A DNA stretch of 26,852 bases, taken from IMG/VR virus record IMGVR_UViG_3300037424_003009, positions 1-26,852 of that record. One strand, written 5' to 3'. A model generated the notes under the pieces. That model saw only the letters and a list, made by a program, of their open reading frames with translations. It did not search any database and was not told where the DNA came from. Of the stretch, positions 6,444 to 16,079 are shown piece by piece. Every line of letters begins with the position of its first letter. Position 1 is the stretch's first letter. The DNA is from a virus (taxonomy: Duplodnaviria > Caudoviricetes). The position numbers were made by a program, and so were the translations under genes.

Positions 6444-8017
6444 GTAAAATAGTCAATCGGCATGGCCAACCGTTCAGACCTGAAGACAAGATTGCCCTGA
6501 GCGAGCACCAGACGGACAGCGAGGCCCGCGTTGGTATGCTCAAGCGGGAGTTTGCCGAGCATCCCAGCAAGGGGCTTACCCCGGCCAGGCTTTACCAGGT
6601 CCTCGAAAACGCTGAAAAGGGCGACCTCAAGGCCCAGCATGAGCTGTTTGATGACATGGAGGAGAAAGACCCGCAGATCGCCGCCGATCTCGGCAAGCGT
6701 CGCCAGTTGGCTGCGGAGCTTGAATGGCAGATCGTGCCTCCTGATAACGCCTCGGCTCAAGAGAAGAAGGCTGCGGAGTTCTGTGCCGAGGTCTTTGCCG
6801 GTCTTGATGTTGAGGATCTGATCATCGATCTTGGTTCCGGCATTGGTCATGGGTGGGCCTGCCTGGAGCTGCCGTGGGTCATGGACACCGGCAAGCACAT
6901 CATTGAGCAGCCCATCTTCAGGCCGCACTCCTGGTTCAGGCTGAACCAGGACAATCAAGACGAGCTGCGGCTCCGTGATGCTTCCGTGGGCGGCGCTGAA
7001 CTGTGGCCCCTTGGCTGGGCCCAACACCGACACCGGGCCAAGGCGGGCTATATCGCCCGCTCCGGCCTCCATCGTGTTTTGGTATGGCCCTATCTTTTTC
7101 AGAACTATGCCCTGGGCGACCTGGCTGAACTCCTGGAGATCTACGGCATCCCGGCCAGAGTCGGCACCTATCCGCGCAACGCCACGGACAAGGAGAAAGG
7201 CACCCTGCTGCGGGCTGTGACCAACCTTGGCCACCGGGCCGCAGGCATCATCCCGGAAGGCATGATGATCGATTTCAAGGAGGCGGCCGACGGCAAGGGT
7301 GAGCTGTTTGAGACCATGATCCGCTGGTGTGAGCGGGCCAAGGCCAAGGCCATCCTGGGCAACACCCTGACCTCCGGCACCGGCGAGGGCACCAACACCA
7401 ACGCCCTGGGCAATGTCCATGAGCGCGGCCAGCAGAGCCTGATCAGGTCTGACGCCAGGCAGTACGCCGGCACCATCAACCGCGACACCCTCTGGCCCAT
7501 GGCCGCCCTGAATTTCGGCATTGAAGACCGGCGCCGGGCCCCCCGCTTCTTCTTGGATACCGGCGAGACCGAGGACTACAAACTCCTGGCCGAAAGCTTG
7601 CCTGCCTTTGTGGCCATGGGAGCCAAGATCCCGCTCTGGTGGTTCCACGAAAAAACGCGCATCCCGGTGGCCGGTGAAAAGGACGAGGTGCTGCAGCAGG
7701 GCAACCTGCCCCAGCCGGTTGAGCCGCTTAAGGCGACTGTGGCCCTCAAGGGCGAAAGAGGTGGCTATGATGACGCGGTTGACGCCCAGCTCGCCAGGCT
7801 GGAAGCCGACACGGCCCCGGCCCTGGACGAGATGGTGAAAGCTGTCCGCACCCTGCTCGATGAGGTGGACAGCCTTGCGGAGTTCCGCGACCACTTGATC
7901 GAGGCCTATCCGCACATGGATACCGCCGCCCTGGCCGACATGATGGGCCAGGCCCTCACCGCCGCCGAGCTTGGTGGGCGGTATGACATCCTTGAGAATG
8001 TGGGGCTCCATGACTAG
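6437..8017 (+). CDS. portal protein, DUF935 family (Mu gp29-like)
   Basis: LFDDMEEKD, LEIYGIPARVGTY, KAILGNTLTS, ALGNVHE motifs; synteny. Confidence 0.93.
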   Translation: MVSKIVNRHGQPFRPEDKIALSEHQTDSEARVGMLKREFAEHPSKGLTPARLYQVLENAEKGDLKAQHELFDDMEEKDPQIAADLGKRRQLAAELEWQIVPPDNASAQEKKAAEFCAEVFAGLDVEDLIIDLGSGIGHGWACLELPWVMDTGKHIIEQPIFRPHSWFRLNQDNQDELRLRDASVGGAELWPLGWAQHRHRAKAGYIARSGLHRVLVWPYLFQNYALGDLAELLEIYGIPARVGTYPRNATDKEKGTLLRAVTNLGHRAAGIIPEGMMIDFKEAADGKGELFETMIRWCERAKAKAILGNTLTSGTGEGTNTNALGNVHERGQQSLIRSDARQYAGTINRDTLWPMAALNFGIEDRRRAPRFFLDTGETEDYKLLAESLPAFVAMGAKIPLWWFHEKTRIPVAGEKDEVLQQGNLPQPVEPLKATVALKGERGGYDDAVDAQLARLEADTAPALDEMVKAVRTLLDEVDSLAEFRDHLIEAYPHMDTAALADMMGQALTAAELGGRYDILENVGLHD

Positions 8018-8711
8018 GTACGGCTCTTTGCCTTTTGGCGAGCAGATCGAGTTTCTCCGGCAGAAGATCAACCTGCCCACCCAGTCGTGGACCGACCTGT
8101 GGCAGGGCATGCACGACCGGGCCTTTGTGGTGGCCGGGGCCATGCGCGACGATTTGCTTACTGACCTGCGCGGCGCCGTGGACAAGGCCATCAGCAAAGG
8201 CACCACCCTGGCCGAGTTCAGAAAGAGTTTTGACGCCCTGGTGGAGCGCACCGGCTGGACATACAACGGCGGCCGCAACTGGCGCACCAGGGTGATCTAC
8301 GACACCAACCTGCGCCAGAGCTATAACGCCGGCCGCGAGAAGCAGATGGCCGACCCGGAGCTGCGCAAAGCCAGGCCCTACGGCCTGTATCGCCACGGCG
8401 ACAGCATGCAGCCCCGCCAGGAGCATCTGGTCTGGGACGGCACGGTGCTGCCCCTGGATGATCCGTGGTGGGCAACGCACACGCCGTCAAACGGCTGGGG
8501 CTGTCATTGCACAAAATTTATGGTCTCCGCCCACGATGTGGAACGCATGGGGCTCAAGGTGGCACCAGAGGCCCCGCCGATTAAGTACCACGAAGTGACG
8601 GTTGGTCAGCGCGGCCCGAACCCGCGCACGGTGATGGTGCCGGAAGGCATCGACCCAGGCTTTGCCTATAATCCCGGCACATCCGGCTGGGCAGCCATCG
8701 GTAATCATTAA
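8010..8711 (+). CDS. head morphogenesis protein (Mu gpF/gp30-like)
   Basis: LPFGEQIEFLRQK, RAFVVAGA, IYDTNLRQSYNAGR, HTPSNGWGCHC, GIDPGFAYNPG. Confidence 0.92.
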   Translation: MTRYGSLPFGEQIEFLRQKINLPTQSWTDLWQGMHDRAFVVAGAMRDDLLTDLRGAVDKAISKGTTLAEFRKSFDALVERTGWTYNGGRNWRTRVIYDTNLRQSYNAGREKQMADPELRKARPYGLYRHGDSMQPRQEHLVWDGTVLPLDDPWWATHTPSNGWGCHCTKFMVSAHDVERMGLKVAPEAPPIKYHEVTVGQRGPNPRTVMVPEGIDPGFAYNPGTSGWAAIGNH

Positions 8712-8719
8712 GGAGCAGC

Positions 8720-9256
8720 ATGGCCGGAGCAGCGCTTGCCATCAATGTCGAGTTTGACGACCGCCAGGTGCGTGAAGCCTTGAAGCGGCTGGAGCGGGCC
8801 GGTGGCAACCTGAAACCGGCCTTTCAGGACATCGGCGAGTATCTGCTGATCAGCCACCGGGAACGCTTTGACAAGGAGCAGGCCCCGGACGGCACCCCCT
8901 GGGAGCCTTTGGCCGACAGCACCCTGCGGCGCAAGATGCTCAAGGGCGTACGCCGGGGCAAGGGTCAGAAGCGCAAGACACTCACCACCAGCCAGGGCAC
9001 CAAGGCCGGGGCCATTAACGCCCTGGCCAGAGGCAAGATCATGGTGGAGCGCGGCGACCTGCGCGATCTGCTGCGCTACCAGGCCAGCGGCGCTGGGCTG
9101 CAACTTGGCACGGACCGGATCTATGGCGCCACCCACCAGTTTGGCGACCCTGCTCGCAATATCCCGGCCCGGCCCTTCCTGGGGCTGTCCGATCAGGACC
9201 AGGTCGAGATCATGGCCATTTTAGAGCGGCATTTACAGGCCGCCATGGCCGGGTGA
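8720..9256 (+). CDS. virion morphogenesis protein (Mu gpG/gp31-like)
   Basis: RFDKEQAPDGTPWEPL, YGATHQFG, IPARPFLGLS motifs; SD AAGGAG. Confidence 0.92.
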   Translation: MAGAALAINVEFDDRQVREALKRLERAGGNLKPAFQDIGEYLLISHRERFDKEQAPDGTPWEPLADSTLRRKMLKGVRRGKGQKRKTLTTSQGTKAGAINALARGKIMVERGDLRDLLRYQASGAGLQLGTDRIYGATHQFGDPARNIPARPFLGLSDQDQVEIMAILERHLQAAMAG

Positions 9257-9280
9257 CGTCCAGGGGAGGAGCCGGAGAGC

Positions 9281-9390
9281 TTAAGGGGCCGTTAGAGGCC
9301 ATTTAAGCGACTTTGCCGAGAAGCCGCCCGGATGTTCGGCGGGTCGTCGCCAGAAGAGGCACAAACGATTCTAAACGGCTTTTAAACGGG
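9281..9390. other. candidate Mu-type strong gyrase site in the G-I intergenic region
   Basis: Helically phased motifs: TTA(A/G) at 9281/9292/9303 and AAACG at 9363/9373/9384; same location as the Mu SGS. Confidence 0.5.
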
Positions 9391-9453
9391 GTTGCTGATG
9401 AAAGGGAGCCGGGGTTTTGCCTGGACGCCATTTGCCGACGACCAGGGCAACGG

Positions 9454-9475
9454 AAAACGTCCGCAATTGCGGACA
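9454..9475. repeat. 22-bp element, copy 2 (palindrome 9459-9474), upstream of the protease gene
   Basis: Identical to 2198-2219. Confidence 0.9.
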
Positions 9476-9536
9476 AACCAAAAAGACTGCACCGCTGCAT
9501 CTTGGGGCAAAACAGAGGGAGGTTTAACATACAGCC

Positions 9537-10574
9537 ATGGAAAAAACACGTAACGCCAAGGCCATTGCCGTTGCCGCCTGTGTGGCGGAAATCAACAGCG
9601 CCGTTCCCACCGAGATCAAACTGATCCCGGCCGGAGAGTTCCGGGCCACGGACGGCAGGCCCCATGGGCTGAAGGCGTGGCGGCTTGATGCGGATGCCGC
9701 AGCCAAATTGGCGGCCCAGGCCGAAGAGGCCGTTGGTGATTATGTCATCGACTACGAGCACCAGACCCTGAATGCGGACAAAAACGGCAAAGAAGCGCCG
9801 GCGGCAGGCTGGTTCAAAAAACTGGAGTGGCGGGAAGGCGACGGCCTGTATGCTGTTGACGTCAAATGGACGGCCAAGGCCCGCGCCATGATCGAGGCCG
9901 GGGAGTACCGTTACATCTCGCCTGTGTTCTCGTTCGATAAAAAGACAGGCGTTGTGCTGGCCGTAAAAATGGCGGCGCTTACCAACTACCCCGGCATTGA
10001 CGGCAACTCCGACCTGTCGGCCCAGGCCGCTGCCAAATTTCAAACAACAACAGAGGAGGACACCGTGGACAAAGCAAAACTAATCGCCCTTTTGGGCCTG
10101 CCGGAAAACGCCAGCGATGCTCAGATTGAGCAGGGCATGACCGCACTCAAGGCCAAGGCGGATGCCGCCGACAGCAAGGACACCGAGATCGCCACCCTCA
10201 AGGCGGACGCCGGCAAGGCCGACCCTGCCAAATATGTGCCCATCGAGTCGTTTGAGGCGCTCAAGGGCGAGGTCGCTGCGCTCAAGCACGAGCAGACATC
10301 CGGCGAGGTAGCCGCCCTGGTCAGCCAAGGCATTAAGGATGGCAAGCTGTTGCCGGTGCAGGAAACCTGGGCCAAGGAGCTTGGCAACAAGGCTATCGAT
10401 ACCCTCAAGAGCTATCTTGACAAGACCCCGGCCATCGCCGCCCTCAAGGGCACCCAGACCAAAGGCAAGGCCCCCAAGGGCGATGATGCTGAGGCGCTGA
10501 GCGCTGAGGAGCTGGCCGTGTGCAAGAACCTGGGCATCGAGCCTGCGGACTACAGAAAAGCTAATCCCGCGTAA
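9537..10574 (+). CDS. prohead protease/scaffold (Mu gpI-like)
   Basis: LIPAGEFRATDGRP, VIDYEHQT, APAAGW, EYRYISPVF, ALTNYP. Confidence 0.93.
   Translation: MEKTRNAKAIAVAACVAEINSAVPTEIKLIPAGEFRATDGRPHGLKAWRLDADAAAKLAAQAEEAVGDYVIDYEHQTLNADKNGKEAPAAGWFKKLEWREGDGLYAVDVKWTAKARAMIEAGEYRYISPVFSFDKKTGVVLAVKMAALTNYPGIDGNSDLSAQAAAKFQTTTEEDTVDKAKLIALLGLPENASDAQIEQGMTALKAKADAADSKDTEIATLKADAGKADPAKYVPIESFEALKGEVAALKHEQTSGEVAALVSQGIKDGKLLPVQETWAKELGNKAIDTLKSYLDKTPAIAALKGTQTKGKAPKGDDAEALSAEELAVCKNLGIEPADYRKANPA
10065..10574 (+). CDS. internal in-frame scaffold protein (Mu gpZ-like, 169 aa)
   Basis: AGGAGG at 10054-10059 followed by in-frame GTG at 10065, after an A/C-rich stretch. Confidence 0.7.
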   Translation: MDKAKLIALLGLPENASDAQIEQGMTALKAKADAADSKDTEIATLKADAGKADPAKYVPIESFEALKGEVAALKHEQTSGEVAALVSQGIKDGKLLPVQETWAKELGNKAIDTLKSYLDKTPAIAALKGTQTKGKAPKGDDAEALSAEELAVCKNLGIEPADYRKANPA

Positions 10575-10627
10575 GCGGCTAATAACCATTTAAATTTCGC
10601 AGTAAACGCTGAAACGAGGAGAAACCA

Positions 10628-11035
10628 ATGGCAGCATTAACAGTAGAACGAGACACCAGGCGCCGTAGCGGCGAACTCTTGGCCCTCAAGGCGGCCGCCG
10701 CCAAGAAATATCTGGCCGGGGCATTATGCGCCCGCGACGCCAATGGCCGGGCCACCCCAGGCGCTACAGCCACCACCCTGGTCGGCGTAGGCCGGGTTGC
10801 CGAGACCGTGGACAATAGCGCCGGTATCGATGATGCCGTCGACGTCCAGATCGAGAAGGGCATTTTCCACTTTGCCAACGATGGCGTTGCCCCTGCGGCA
10901 CTCGCCGACATCGGCAACAACTGCTACATCGTCGATGACCAGACCGTGGCCAAGACCGATGGTACCGGCACCAGATCGGTGGCCGGCAAGATCTTTGACG
11001 TGGACAGCCTCGGCGTTTGGGTCGACCTCCGTTAA
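10628..11035 (+). CDS. putative capsid decoration/cement protein
   Basis: Small Ala/Gly/Val-rich protein between protease and capsid genes; ADIGNNCYIVDDQTV...AGKIFDVDSLGVWV. Confidence 0.7.
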   Translation: MAALTVERDTRRRSGELLALKAAAAKKYLAGALCARDANGRATPGATATTLVGVGRVAETVDNSAGIDDAVDVQIEKGIFHFANDGVAPAALADIGNNCYIVDDQTVAKTDGTGTRSVAGKIFDVDSLGVWVDLR

Positions 11036-11099
11036 CGTAACGTCGCCTGAAAAAGAAACGAACTTTTGAACCTATAAATAAGTAAGGAGGAAACTCGAA

Positions 11100-11993
11100 A
11101 TGATCATCAACAGCGGCAGTCTCGCCATCCTTTTCCGAGCTTTCAATGCCGCCTTTCAGCGCGGCTTTGCAGGCGTCGCCCCGATGTGGAGCAAAATCGC
11201 CACCTTGGTGCCGTCAACCACCGGCACGGAGGACTATGGCTGGCTCGGCCAGATCCCCGGCATGCGGGAGTGGCTCGGCGACCGCCAGATCCACAATCTC
11301 AGTCAGCACGATTACAGCATCAAGAACAAAAAGTTTGAGCTTACCGTGGGTGTGCCGCGCGACAAGGTCGAGGATGACCAGTATGGCGTCTATGCGCCCA
11401 TGATGGAGATGCTCGGCCAGTCAGCGAACGAACACCCGGACCAGCTCATCTTTGCCTTGCTGGCCGCAGGTTTTGCCACTCCCTGCTATGACGGTCAGTA
11501 TTTCTTTGACACCGACCATCCAGTGACCCAGGCGGACGGCACTGTGGCCAGCGTCAGCAATCTGCAGGCCGGCGCCGGTGCTCCCTGGTTCCTTCTTGAC
11601 ACCCGTCGCCCCCTTAAACCGCTCATCCTGCAGATGCGTAAGCGTCCTGAGTTTGTCCGCAAGGATGACGCCAAGGACGACAACGTCTTTAACCGGAATG
11701 AACTGGTCTACGGCGTAGATGATCGCAAGAACGTCGGCTTCGGTTTCTGGCAGATGGCCATTGGTTCCAAGGCCACTCTTGATGCCACCAATTTTGACCT
11801 GGGCATATCCGCCATGGGCGCCTTCAAGGGCGATCACGGCAAGCCCCTTGGCGCTATGCCCAACCTGTTGGTTGTCGGCCCAAGCAACCGGGCTGCTGCC
11901 AAGCTTGTGGTCGAGGCCGAGCATCTTGCCTCCGGCGCCAGCAACACCAACTTCAAGGCGGTGGAAGTGCTGGTTGTGCCCTGGTTGGCATAA
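11100..11993 (+). CDS. major capsid protein (Mu gpT family)
   Basis: YGWLGQIPGMREWLGDR, CYDGQYFFDTDHPV, LKPLILQMR, YGVDDR; SD AAGGAGG. Confidence 0.95.
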   Translation: MIINSGSLAILFRAFNAAFQRGFAGVAPMWSKIATLVPSTTGTEDYGWLGQIPGMREWLGDRQIHNLSQHDYSIKNKKFELTVGVPRDKVEDDQYGVYAPMMEMLGQSANEHPDQLIFALLAAGFATPCYDGQYFFDTDHPVTQADGTVASVSNLQAGAGAPWFLLDTRRPLKPLILQMRKRPEFVRKDDAKDDNVFNRNELVYGVDDRKNVGFGFWQMAIGSKATLDATNFDLGISAMGAFKGDHGKPLGAMPNLLVVGPSNRAAAKLVVEAEHLASGASNTNFKAVEVLVVPWLA

Positions 11994-12023
11994 TCTGAAA
12001 TCTTGATCGAAGTTAAATGATAA

Positions 12024-12053
12024 AAATCGGGGCGGGGTCTCCCGTCCCGATTT
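12024..12053 (+). terminator. stem-loop after the capsid gene (weak terminator or processing/stabilising hairpin)
   Basis: AAATCGGGGCGGG-GTCT-CCCGTCCCGATTT, 13 bp with one G-U pair; short U tail. Confidence 0.5.
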
Positions 12054-12067
12054 CCAGGAGATATGAC

Positions 12068-12454
12068 ATGATCATTATTACCAGCAAAAGAGAGGGCTTC
12101 CGCCGGTGCGGGGTGACCCACAGCAAGGGCGCGGTTGAGTACGCGGACGGCCATTGGACAGAGAAACAGCTCAAGGCGCTCAAGGCCGAGCCCATGCTGG
12201 TGGTGACTGACACCAACGCGACTCCGGCCTCTGGTAAAGAGCCAAAAGGGCCCGCTTCTCAGGTCGCCATGGACGATATCGTCGCTGCCATTGGCCGCTT
12301 ATCCATCGACAACCCGGAGCTGTGGAGTGCCTCTTCCGGCAAGCCCCATGTCAAGTCGGTCGAGGAGTCCATCGGCGAGGGGTCCGCGATCACCGCAGCT
12401 CAGCGCGACGAGGCCTGGGAGATTTTCCAGAAATCTCATCCGGTAGGCGAGTAA
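12068..12454 (+). CDS. HI1506-related protein (Mu gp35-like)
   Basis: IITSKREGFRRCG...LKAEPMLVV; SD AGGAG at 12056-12060. Confidence 0.8.
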   Translation: MIIITSKREGFRRCGVTHSKGAVEYADGHWTEKQLKALKAEPMLVVTDTNATPASGKEPKGPASQVAMDDIVAAIGRLSIDNPELWSASSGKPHVKSVEESIGEGSAITAAQRDEAWEIFQKSHPVGE

Positions 12455-12457
12455 GCG

Positions 12458-12865
12458 ATGTACACCACCCAAGCTGACATAGTGGACCGGTACGGCACGG
12501 AGGAGCTGATCCAGCTCACCGACCGGGCCGGACTCGGGGTGATAGACGTGGCCGTGCTCGACAGGGCGATCGCCGATGCGAACGCTGAGATCGACGGCTA
12601 TCTTGCCACGCGCTACCAGCTGCCTCTGGCCGAGACGCCACCGGCATTGACCAGGATCGCCAGCGATATTGCCCGCTATCTGCTCTATGACGATGCAGTC
12701 ACGGACAGCGTCAGCGAGCGCTACGACAACGCCGTCAAGTTCTTGCGCTCGGTGGCCAGGGGTGATGTGTCTCTGGTGCAGCAAGCCGGTTCCACCGCTG
12801 AGACGGCCGGAGTGGCAGAGTTTGAGCCTGGCCGTACTGTGTTCAATAGTGGCGGAGGCTTCTGA
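12458..12865 (+). CDS. head-tail connector, DUF1320 family (Mu gp36-like)
   Basis: YTTQADI, LIQLTDR, AEIDGYLATRYQLPL, DIARY, RYDNAVKFL. Confidence 0.9.
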   Translation: MYTTQADIVDRYGTEELIQLTDRAGLGVIDVAVLDRAIADANAEIDGYLATRYQLPLAETPPALTRIASDIARYLLYDDAVTDSVSERYDNAVKFLRSVARGDVSLVQQAGSTAETAGVAEFEPGRTVFNSGGGF

Positions 12866-13428
12866 TGGCCATCATCGACGTTGTTGAGGATGCGATTCTG
12901 GCCGCTGTGACCGCCGTTCTGGGTGCCACAGTAAAAAAGATGGAAACCGTGCCTGGTGGCTGGACTTTTGACACCCTGAAAAGGGCGTTGCAGTCCGCGC
13001 CTGGGGTGTATGTGGCCTTTCATGGGGCTGCGCCTGGCGGGGCAGACGGCTATTTCGACGGCCGCTTTTCCGTCTATATGGTGAGCAAGGGGGCCAGTGA
13101 AACAGACAGGCGGCGTGGCAACCAGAGGGTGATTGGTGCCTATGACATGGTGGAAAGACTCCTGCCAAAGCTGAGCGTCTTGACCGTGCCTGATGTCGGC
13201 AGCGCCAAAGTGAGCGGAGTGGACAATTTGTTTCGGGACGCCATGTTCGACCTGGGCGGTACCGTCTACGGCATCAATCTGACCATGCCGAATATGCCGT
13301 TCGATTATCAGGTCGACGAGACCACCCTGGCCGACTTTGTCCTGTTCCACGGCGAGGCGTACAACGAAGGCGGCATAGTCGCAGTCGAAGATCCGCTCAT
13401 TATCAGCGAACAACAACTCAACGCGTAA
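12865..13428 (+). CDS. DUF1834 / Mu gp37-like tail completion protein
   Basis: Synteny; IIDVVEDAILA, APGVYVAF, RRRG...IGAY. Confidence 0.75.
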   Translation: MAIIDVVEDAILAAVTAVLGATVKKMETVPGGWTFDTLKRALQSAPGVYVAFHGAAPGGADGYFDGRFSVYMVSKGASETDRRRGNQRVIGAYDMVERLLPKLSVLTVPDVGSAKVSGVDNLFRDAMFDLGGTVYGINLTMPNMPFDYQVDETTLADFVLFHGEAYNEGGIVAVEDPLIISEQQLNA

Positions 13429-13439
13429 GGAGGCATCAG

Positions 13440-13661
13440 ATGCCGAAACTCCGTATCAAACCGAACACAGACAAGGCCACCGGCGAGCCGTACAAGATCC
13501 GCTTGCCTGGGAAACCGCATGAATTTCTGCCGGAAGGGGGCGCGGAGGTGGAGAAGAATAAATTCTGGATCCGCCGCCTGCGCGACAGCTCCGTCGTAAA
13601 GACCAAATCGGTTGTGCCCGCCAAGGAGCAGAAGGCAGGCAAGACCACAACCAAGGAGTAA
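13440..13661 (+). CDS. DUF2635 / Mu gp38-like protein
   Basis: LPEGGAEVEKNKFWIRRLRD; immediately before the sheath gene. Confidence 0.85.
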   Translation: MPKLRIKPNTDKATGEPYKIRLPGKPHEFLPEGGAEVEKNKFWIRRLRDSSVVKTKSVVPAKEQKAGKTTTKE

Positions 13662-13667
13662 CGCACC

Positions 13668-15131
13668 ATGTTGCCATTTAACCTTTTGCCGGCGTCGCTT
13701 CGCATTCCCGGCGTTTATATCGAGATCGACAACTCCCTGGCCGCCCAGGCCGAGCAGCAGTTCAAGCTGCTGGTCATCGGCCAGCGCCTGGCCACCGGCC
13801 TGGTTCTCGAAGGGGTACCCACCCGCATCACCAGTTACGGCCAGGCCGAGGAGGCGTTCGGTCGCGGCTCCATGCTTGCCGAGCAGTTCCGCCTGATTAA
13901 GGACATCGACCAGTTCACCGAGACCTGGGCCATTGCCCTGAATGAAGCGGTTGCCGGGGCAGCAGCTGCCGGCAGTATCGACGTGCCCGGCACCGCCACC
14001 GAGACCGGCACCCTCAGCCTCTATATCGCAGGCACCAGGGTGCGGGCTGCGGTTACCTCTGGAGATGTGGGTGCTGCTGTGGCCACGGCCCTTGCCGCCG
14101 CCATCAATGCCGATACCAGCCTGCCGGTAACGGCCGCCGTCAACGGTGTCACTCTCACCAAGGTGGATATTACCTGCCGCTGGAAGGGCGAGACCGGCAA
14201 CGATATTGATCTGCGCCTCAACTATTATGGCGAGAAGACGCCCAAGGGCATCATCCCGGCCATTGTTGCCATGAGCGGCGGCACCTCCAACCCTGACATT
14301 GCCACGGCCATCGCAGCCTTTGGTGAGGATTGGTACAACTGGATGGTTATGCCGTACACCGACCAGGCCAACCTCGTTGACCTGGAGGCGGAGCTTGATG
14401 GTCGTTACGGCCCCATGCAGCAGATGGGTGGCCGGGCCTTTGCCGCCTATCGCGGCAACCATGGCGACACCGGCACCTTCGGCGGCACGCGCAACAGCCC
14501 GCATGTAACCTGCATGGGCACTAACAGCTCGCCGACGCCGCCCTATCTGTGGGCCGCCATTAACGCCATTGCCGCGGCTAACCCCCTGGCCCTTGACCCG
14601 GCCCGGCCGCTGCAGACCATCTGGCTCAAAGGGGCCCTGGCTCCGGTTATCGAGGAGCGCTGGGACGATGCCGAGCGCAACCTGCTGCTCTACGACGGCA
14701 TTGCCACTTACCGGGTGGATCAGTCCGGCCGTTGTCTCATCGAGCGTCAGATCACCATGTATCAGACCAATGCCGTGGGTATTGCGGACATCTCGTATCT
14801 GGACATCAACCGGCCCGAGACCCTGGAGCGGATCCGCTATGAGCAGCGGGCCCGGGTGGCGTTGCGCTTCCCCAGGCACAAGCTCTCCGGCGATGCGGGC
14901 GCTCCATTTGGTGCCGGCCAGCCCATTGTCACCGAGACGGTGCTCAAGGGCGAGCTGCTCGCCTTGTACAGTGACTTTGTCGAGAAGGGCTGGTGCGACT
15001 GGTACGAGGGCTACAAGGAGTCGATCATTATCGAGATCGACACCGCGCATGGCCGGATCAACTGGAAGGATGAGCCCCGGCTTGTCGGTCAGGCCCGCAC
15101 TTTTGCCGGCCTCATGCAGTTCCGTATCTAA
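13668..15131 (+). CDS. tail sheath protein (Mu gpL-like)
   Basis: LRIPGVYIEIDNS, FGRGSML, GGTSNPDI, DPARPLQT, ERNLLLYDGI, SYLDIN. Confidence 0.95.
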   Translation: MLPFNLLPASLRIPGVYIEIDNSLAAQAEQQFKLLVIGQRLATGLVLEGVPTRITSYGQAEEAFGRGSMLAEQFRLIKDIDQFTETWAIALNEAVAGAAAAGSIDVPGTATETGTLSLYIAGTRVRAAVTSGDVGAAVATALAAAINADTSLPVTAAVNGVTLTKVDITCRWKGETGNDIDLRLNYYGEKTPKGIIPAIVAMSGGTSNPDIATAIAAFGEDWYNWMVMPYTDQANLVDLEAELDGRYGPMQQMGGRAFAAYRGNHGDTGTFGGTRNSPHVTCMGTNSSPTPPYLWAAINAIAAANPLALDPARPLQTIWLKGALAPVIEERWDDAERNLLLYDGIATYRVDQSGRCLIERQITMYQTNAVGIADISYLDINRPETLERIRYEQRARVALRFPRHKLSGDAGAPFGAGQPIVTETVLKGELLALYSDFVEKGWCDWYEGYKESIIIEIDTAHGRINWKDEPRLVGQARTFAGLMQFRI

Positions 15132-15171
15132 AACACTATGCCCCACTGTGGGGCTGAACCGGAGATAAGCA

Positions 15172-15525
15172 ATGAGTCAGATTACTGGGAAGGCGACGGT
15201 CTACGTTGATGGCGCCAAAATGGAAATGGAGCGTGGCGCCAAGGCAAATCCGGGGGGTATCTCCCGGGCCTTTGAGCGCCACCATGGCCGCACATACCAC
15301 AAGGAAGACGAGGTGGCGCCCTCGGTTGAGGGCACCATCCTGCACACTAAGAATACCGACGTGCTGGCCCTTGGTGCCATCGACAATGCCACGGTTATTT
15401 TCGAGGCGGACACCGGCCAAAAGTACGTGATGCGCGGGGCATCGGCGGAGAACCCCATCGAGATTGACGCCAGTAGCGGCAAGAGCCCCCTCAAGCTTGT
15501 GGGCGACTCATTCGAGCGGATGTAA
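15172..15525 (+). CDS. tail tube protein (Mu gpM-like)
   Basis: 117 aa after the sheath; ITGKATVYVDG, NATVIFEADTGQKY. Confidence 0.88.
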   Translation: MSQITGKATVYVDGAKMEMERGAKANPGGISRAFERHHGRTYHKEDEVAPSVEGTILHTKNTDVLALGAIDNATVIFEADTGQKYVMRGASAENPIEIDASSGKSPLKLVGDSFERM

Positions 15526-15533
15526 GGAACGAC

Positions 15534-16007
15534 ATGGCACGTATCAAAGGACAACTCAGGCACGGCCTGAAGATGGGCAAGGAGTTCCTCAAGGACTTTG
15601 AGCTGCATGACCATTTGACGGCCGGCATGATCATCGAGGCCAAAGAATCCGCCGAGAAGGTGGTGCCCTTTGAGGTGGGCGGGCGCATGGTGCCGGTGGT
15701 GGTGGAGAGCCCGGCCAAGCTGGGGGCGCTGATCCTCTGCCAGCAGGTGGCCAGCATCGGCCACCTGGCCGGGCCCCTTGATTATGGGCTGTTCGCCACC
15801 CTGCACCAGGACGACCTCGACATCCTCAACCTTTATGCCGATCTGGCGGCCGGGGCCATCACCAGCAAGCAGGTATCTGACAAAATGGCGGAACTTGCGG
15901 CCCAAGCGTCTCCGGAGGTGACGCAAAGGGGGCGAGACGTTGGCCCTTGCGGAGACACTGGAAGCAGTGGAGCGAAAGCTGACGGGCAAGGGTGTGAGAC
16001 TGACTGA
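15534..16007 (+). CDS. tail assembly chaperone; -2 frameshift at 15928-15935 predicted to give a 183-aa product ending at 16083
   Basis: Between tube and tape measure; AGG GGG CGA slippery site; shifted frame open for 50 codons. Confidence 0.85.
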   Translation: MARIKGQLRHGLKMGKEFLKDFELHDHLTAGMIIEAKESAEKVVPFEVGGRMVPVVVESPAKLGALILCQQVASIGHLAGPLDYGLFATLHQDDLDILNLYADLAAGAITSKQVSDKMAELAAQASPEVTQRGRDVGPCGDTGSSGAKADGQGCETD

Positions 16008-16079
16008 AATTCAAGCATTGCGACACGAACCGCTTAGGCGGCTCCTGCGCATGACGGAAGACAACGGAAGCGGAGACGA

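Noticed and set aside
6413-8287. 624-aa minus-strand ORF
   Set aside because: Antisense shadow of the GC-rich portal gene; no motifs or RBS.
9303-9624. ORFs across the G-I gap (9313-9624 + and 9303-10043 -)
   Set aside because: No recognisable product or RBS; the region is better explained by phased DNA and regulatory sites.
13308-15146. 612-aa minus-strand ORF
   Set aside because: Antisense shadow of the tail sheath gene.
15140-15154. Small hairpin GCCCCA-CTG-TGGGGC between sheath and tube
   Set aside because: Only 6 bp with no U-tract; too weak to call.
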